From the human T2T-CHM13v2.0 reference genome, Homo sapiens: a stretch of DNA of 64,000 bases. Below, one piece after another: positions 61,404-64,000 of this stretch; the stretch's first letter is position 1; every line of letters begins with the position of its first letter. The stretch is from the NCBI RefSeq assembly GCF_009914755.1, contig NC_060929.1; one strand, 5' to 3'. A program made the translations under genes and the position numbers. The notes below the pieces were generated by a model. The model did no database searches, was not told where the DNA came from, and worked only from the letters and a program-made list of their open reading frames with translations.

Positions 61404-62899
61404 TGAGAGAGCTCAAATAAGCATATGACCTAGAGGAAAAACAAATGACTTCCTACACTAACATTTGAAACCTACCACTGTTAGATATTTTGGGCACCAA
61501 AAAAGTATTCTTTACAATGTCCAATTTTTATTTTAATTTATCTTTTGCTTTTTTTTTCCGACAGCCAAATTTTGGTTTCAAAGAAGTCTGACCTTTGCTT
61601 TTTTTTTTTTTTTTTTAACAGCCTAATTAATCTTAGTTTTGGATGGGATATTATTAGTCATTTTGAGGGTATTCATTTTATTTACTGAAAATGTATGCTC
61701 CTTTCCCAGCATTATTTCTTTCTAATTGAGGGTTTGTTATTGTTTTTTCCTTCGTACTATTGGCTTATCTCAAATAATAAAAAATTATATCTGAAATTAT
61801 CTTCTAATCTTTACAAATAGGGGCATCTACTGAGATATGTTGTTTGCTTGCATATATTTCCTTAATCTAAGTAAAACTTTTTGCTTCTCTGACAATGATT
61901 AAAGGAGCTCTATTAATAATGAATGACGGGTGTATAAGTATAGGTTGTTTCTAAGGTTGTATGAGGACAGTGCCTTCTTGGAGTGGAGATAGCCATTTCT
62001 GTGGGCAAGGTATCCAGGGTTTTTGCTTAGGTCCCGGGTTCTACTCTGGGTGTCTCCAAAGGCGATTTTCTTCAGTATCTAGATGGGGGCGCACAGAATT
62101 TTTCAAAGGAGAAAAATACAGAAACAAGCTGCTAGGTAAAACAGGTACAGAGATACAGCTGTTTCACAGCCCTTAAAACATCTATCCTAAGAGTTTCAGG
62201 ACCACTTCCATAAGACAAATAACAATAAAACAAGAAATGGAAACAACACAAAATTATACCGTCTCCCTACTTCTCATCGTGGAGCTAATCCAATAATGAC
62301 CTGAAGGTAGAAGGCCCACTTCCTTTTTAAGGCTGGCGGGGGGAAGGGAGGGGCTCCTTTGCTTATACAAAAGAGCAGATTTCTGTTCCACTGAATTTAA
62401 CTATCTCTACAATCATTATCATATGCATTTTATTTCAAGAAACACTTACATATGTAGGTGATATGGCCTTTGTGATTTTTCAACAGTGAAATTCATGGTA
62501 ATTTTTAGAATTACTTATTCAGTTTTTTAATGAGATTCTGGTACTAGGAATAATAATCACCTATGTTCAATCAACCATTTTGATTATGAATAACCACTGA
62601 TTTTTAAGGGAAGTCAAAATCAGAAAAAAAAAACCGTTTACCATAATGATAAGGGAAATTACATTACTTCATAGAAATTGTCTGAACAAACCTTACCAGC
62701 TTTTAATAAGTTTTTGTAATACAAAATTATTTTCAGTTTTACTGGACTGTTTTCTCAATTGCTAATGTTTTTTTTTAATAGGTAAAGTTTACTTTTCATT
62801 ACTTAAGATTTGTAGTACTTGTTATTTTATGTACTTGTCTAAACAGGCAGAGAAATAATGATTCTTGGTTTAATTTGTATTTGTTTGGTGATATAAAGC

Positions 62900-63280
62900 C
62901 AGAACTCTAGAAAATAAGAAAGCAAACGGCCCATGATGGCTTTTATCCTATAGATATGTTTTGGACGTAAATTTTTAAATTCTTTTCATATTTTAAAAGT
63001 TGAAGATTTTATTTCATATGTGAATTTCTAGCTTCTTTTAAAAATAAATTCAACTCATCTGGCAATAGTGGATAAAGTACAATTGTCATATGAGAAAGAT
63101 AGCTGGAGCTAACAAAAGGTTATTCTTCGAAAATGACATCTGTTTTCCAGTTTGCCTGAAACTTTAGGACTCTCAATTAAAGACAAAACTATATTTTCAC
63201 AGTAAAATGTAACTCATTTCTACCCATTGTATTGTATCTGACTTTATCAGGACTTTGAATTTAAAACATTTCCTTAGTAA
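62900..63280. mobile_element. MER102-like hAT-Charlie element
   Basis: tttctagcttctttt...atctggcaa...gctggagct...ttttccagtttgcc. Confidence 0.5.
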
Positions 63281-64000
63281 AGCAAGATGAAGGAAATTAT
63301 TGTACTGCTACCAATACATTCTCCTGTATTGTTTATATAGAAGAATATATCTATTTATGCATGTGTGTGTACATATATATAAGAATACATCTTTGCATTT
63401 CTTCTTCATGAGGAAAGGGCAAAAATAAGACAAGACCGATAAGCAGAAGAAATGCTTTGCTTTTAGTGTAATAGTGTTAATTCACATTATATTCAAATAT
63501 TGCTATATAGAACAGCAATAAAATTAGCAAAGTGACATTGTTCTCTGCATGCTTTCTTTAAGTATTACTGAAAATTACTTTTCTTGTGGAATTGACTGTC
63601 AATTAGTAACCACCAGACGGTAGCCATCTTCTTAGTTTTCAATTTTTAGTGGAAATAATTCTCATATAGTGCTGCTCCTTTAACAAGCACCTTTACCATG
63701 CGAGACGCCTATAAAAGTAATTAAATTTGATAGTCTCATTGCTTTTAAGCAAAGCCATATGGTGTACTTAGATTGCAAATTCTAATTGAAGTCAATGAGA
63801 TTTTATGTAGAAAATACTTTTGAAAATGTAGCTGTGTAATCAAATATATATACAATGCACCACTTTTATCTTGACAGAAGTATCACCCAATACCTTTTCT
63901 CATTGTCTTTTTCATGCATACTCTAGAGCATTATAGCCAAACTATGTCTTGTCATGAAAAATAACTTTAAAATTAATGATAATAGTTGCTTGTGTATGTC

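Noticed and set aside
62076-62092. CTCF-like motif ctagatgggggcgc
   Set aside because: Lacks the CC start and the spacing of the core consensus; unsupported without ChIP data

Overview
AT-rich, CpG-depleted primate genomic DNA. It is most likely human or great ape, because it carries AluY, L1PA2/L1PA3-type, THE1 and LTR14B-type elements. It reads as intergenic or deep intronic sequence. I can support no host protein-coding exon, RNA gene or CRISPR array: every long ORF in the track is either a LINE-1 ORF1/ORF2 remnant or a chance frame in Alu/LTR/L1-UTR sequence. Roughly half of the window is interspersed repeat: about 12 Alu/FLAM copies, L1 of several ages (a young truncated L1PA2-like copy, a 5'-inverted L1PA3-like copy, a near full-length L1PA13-like copy carrying a solo ERVK LTR, an inverted L1PA16/17-like copy, and many L1M fragments), MaLR/ERVL LTRs, MIR/L2 and hAT MITEs. 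I found no new multi-gene biological system. The noteworthy content is a set of readable DNA-repair and retrotransposition scars: twin priming, an apparent ectopic L1-into-L1 patch, a locally templated insertion beside an L1MA fragment, a quasi-palindrome-perfecting insertion in an Alu, deletion junctions and local tandem duplications. Subfamily names come from remembered consensus sequences and need RepeatMasker/Dfam confirmation. Boundaries of old elements are approximate.
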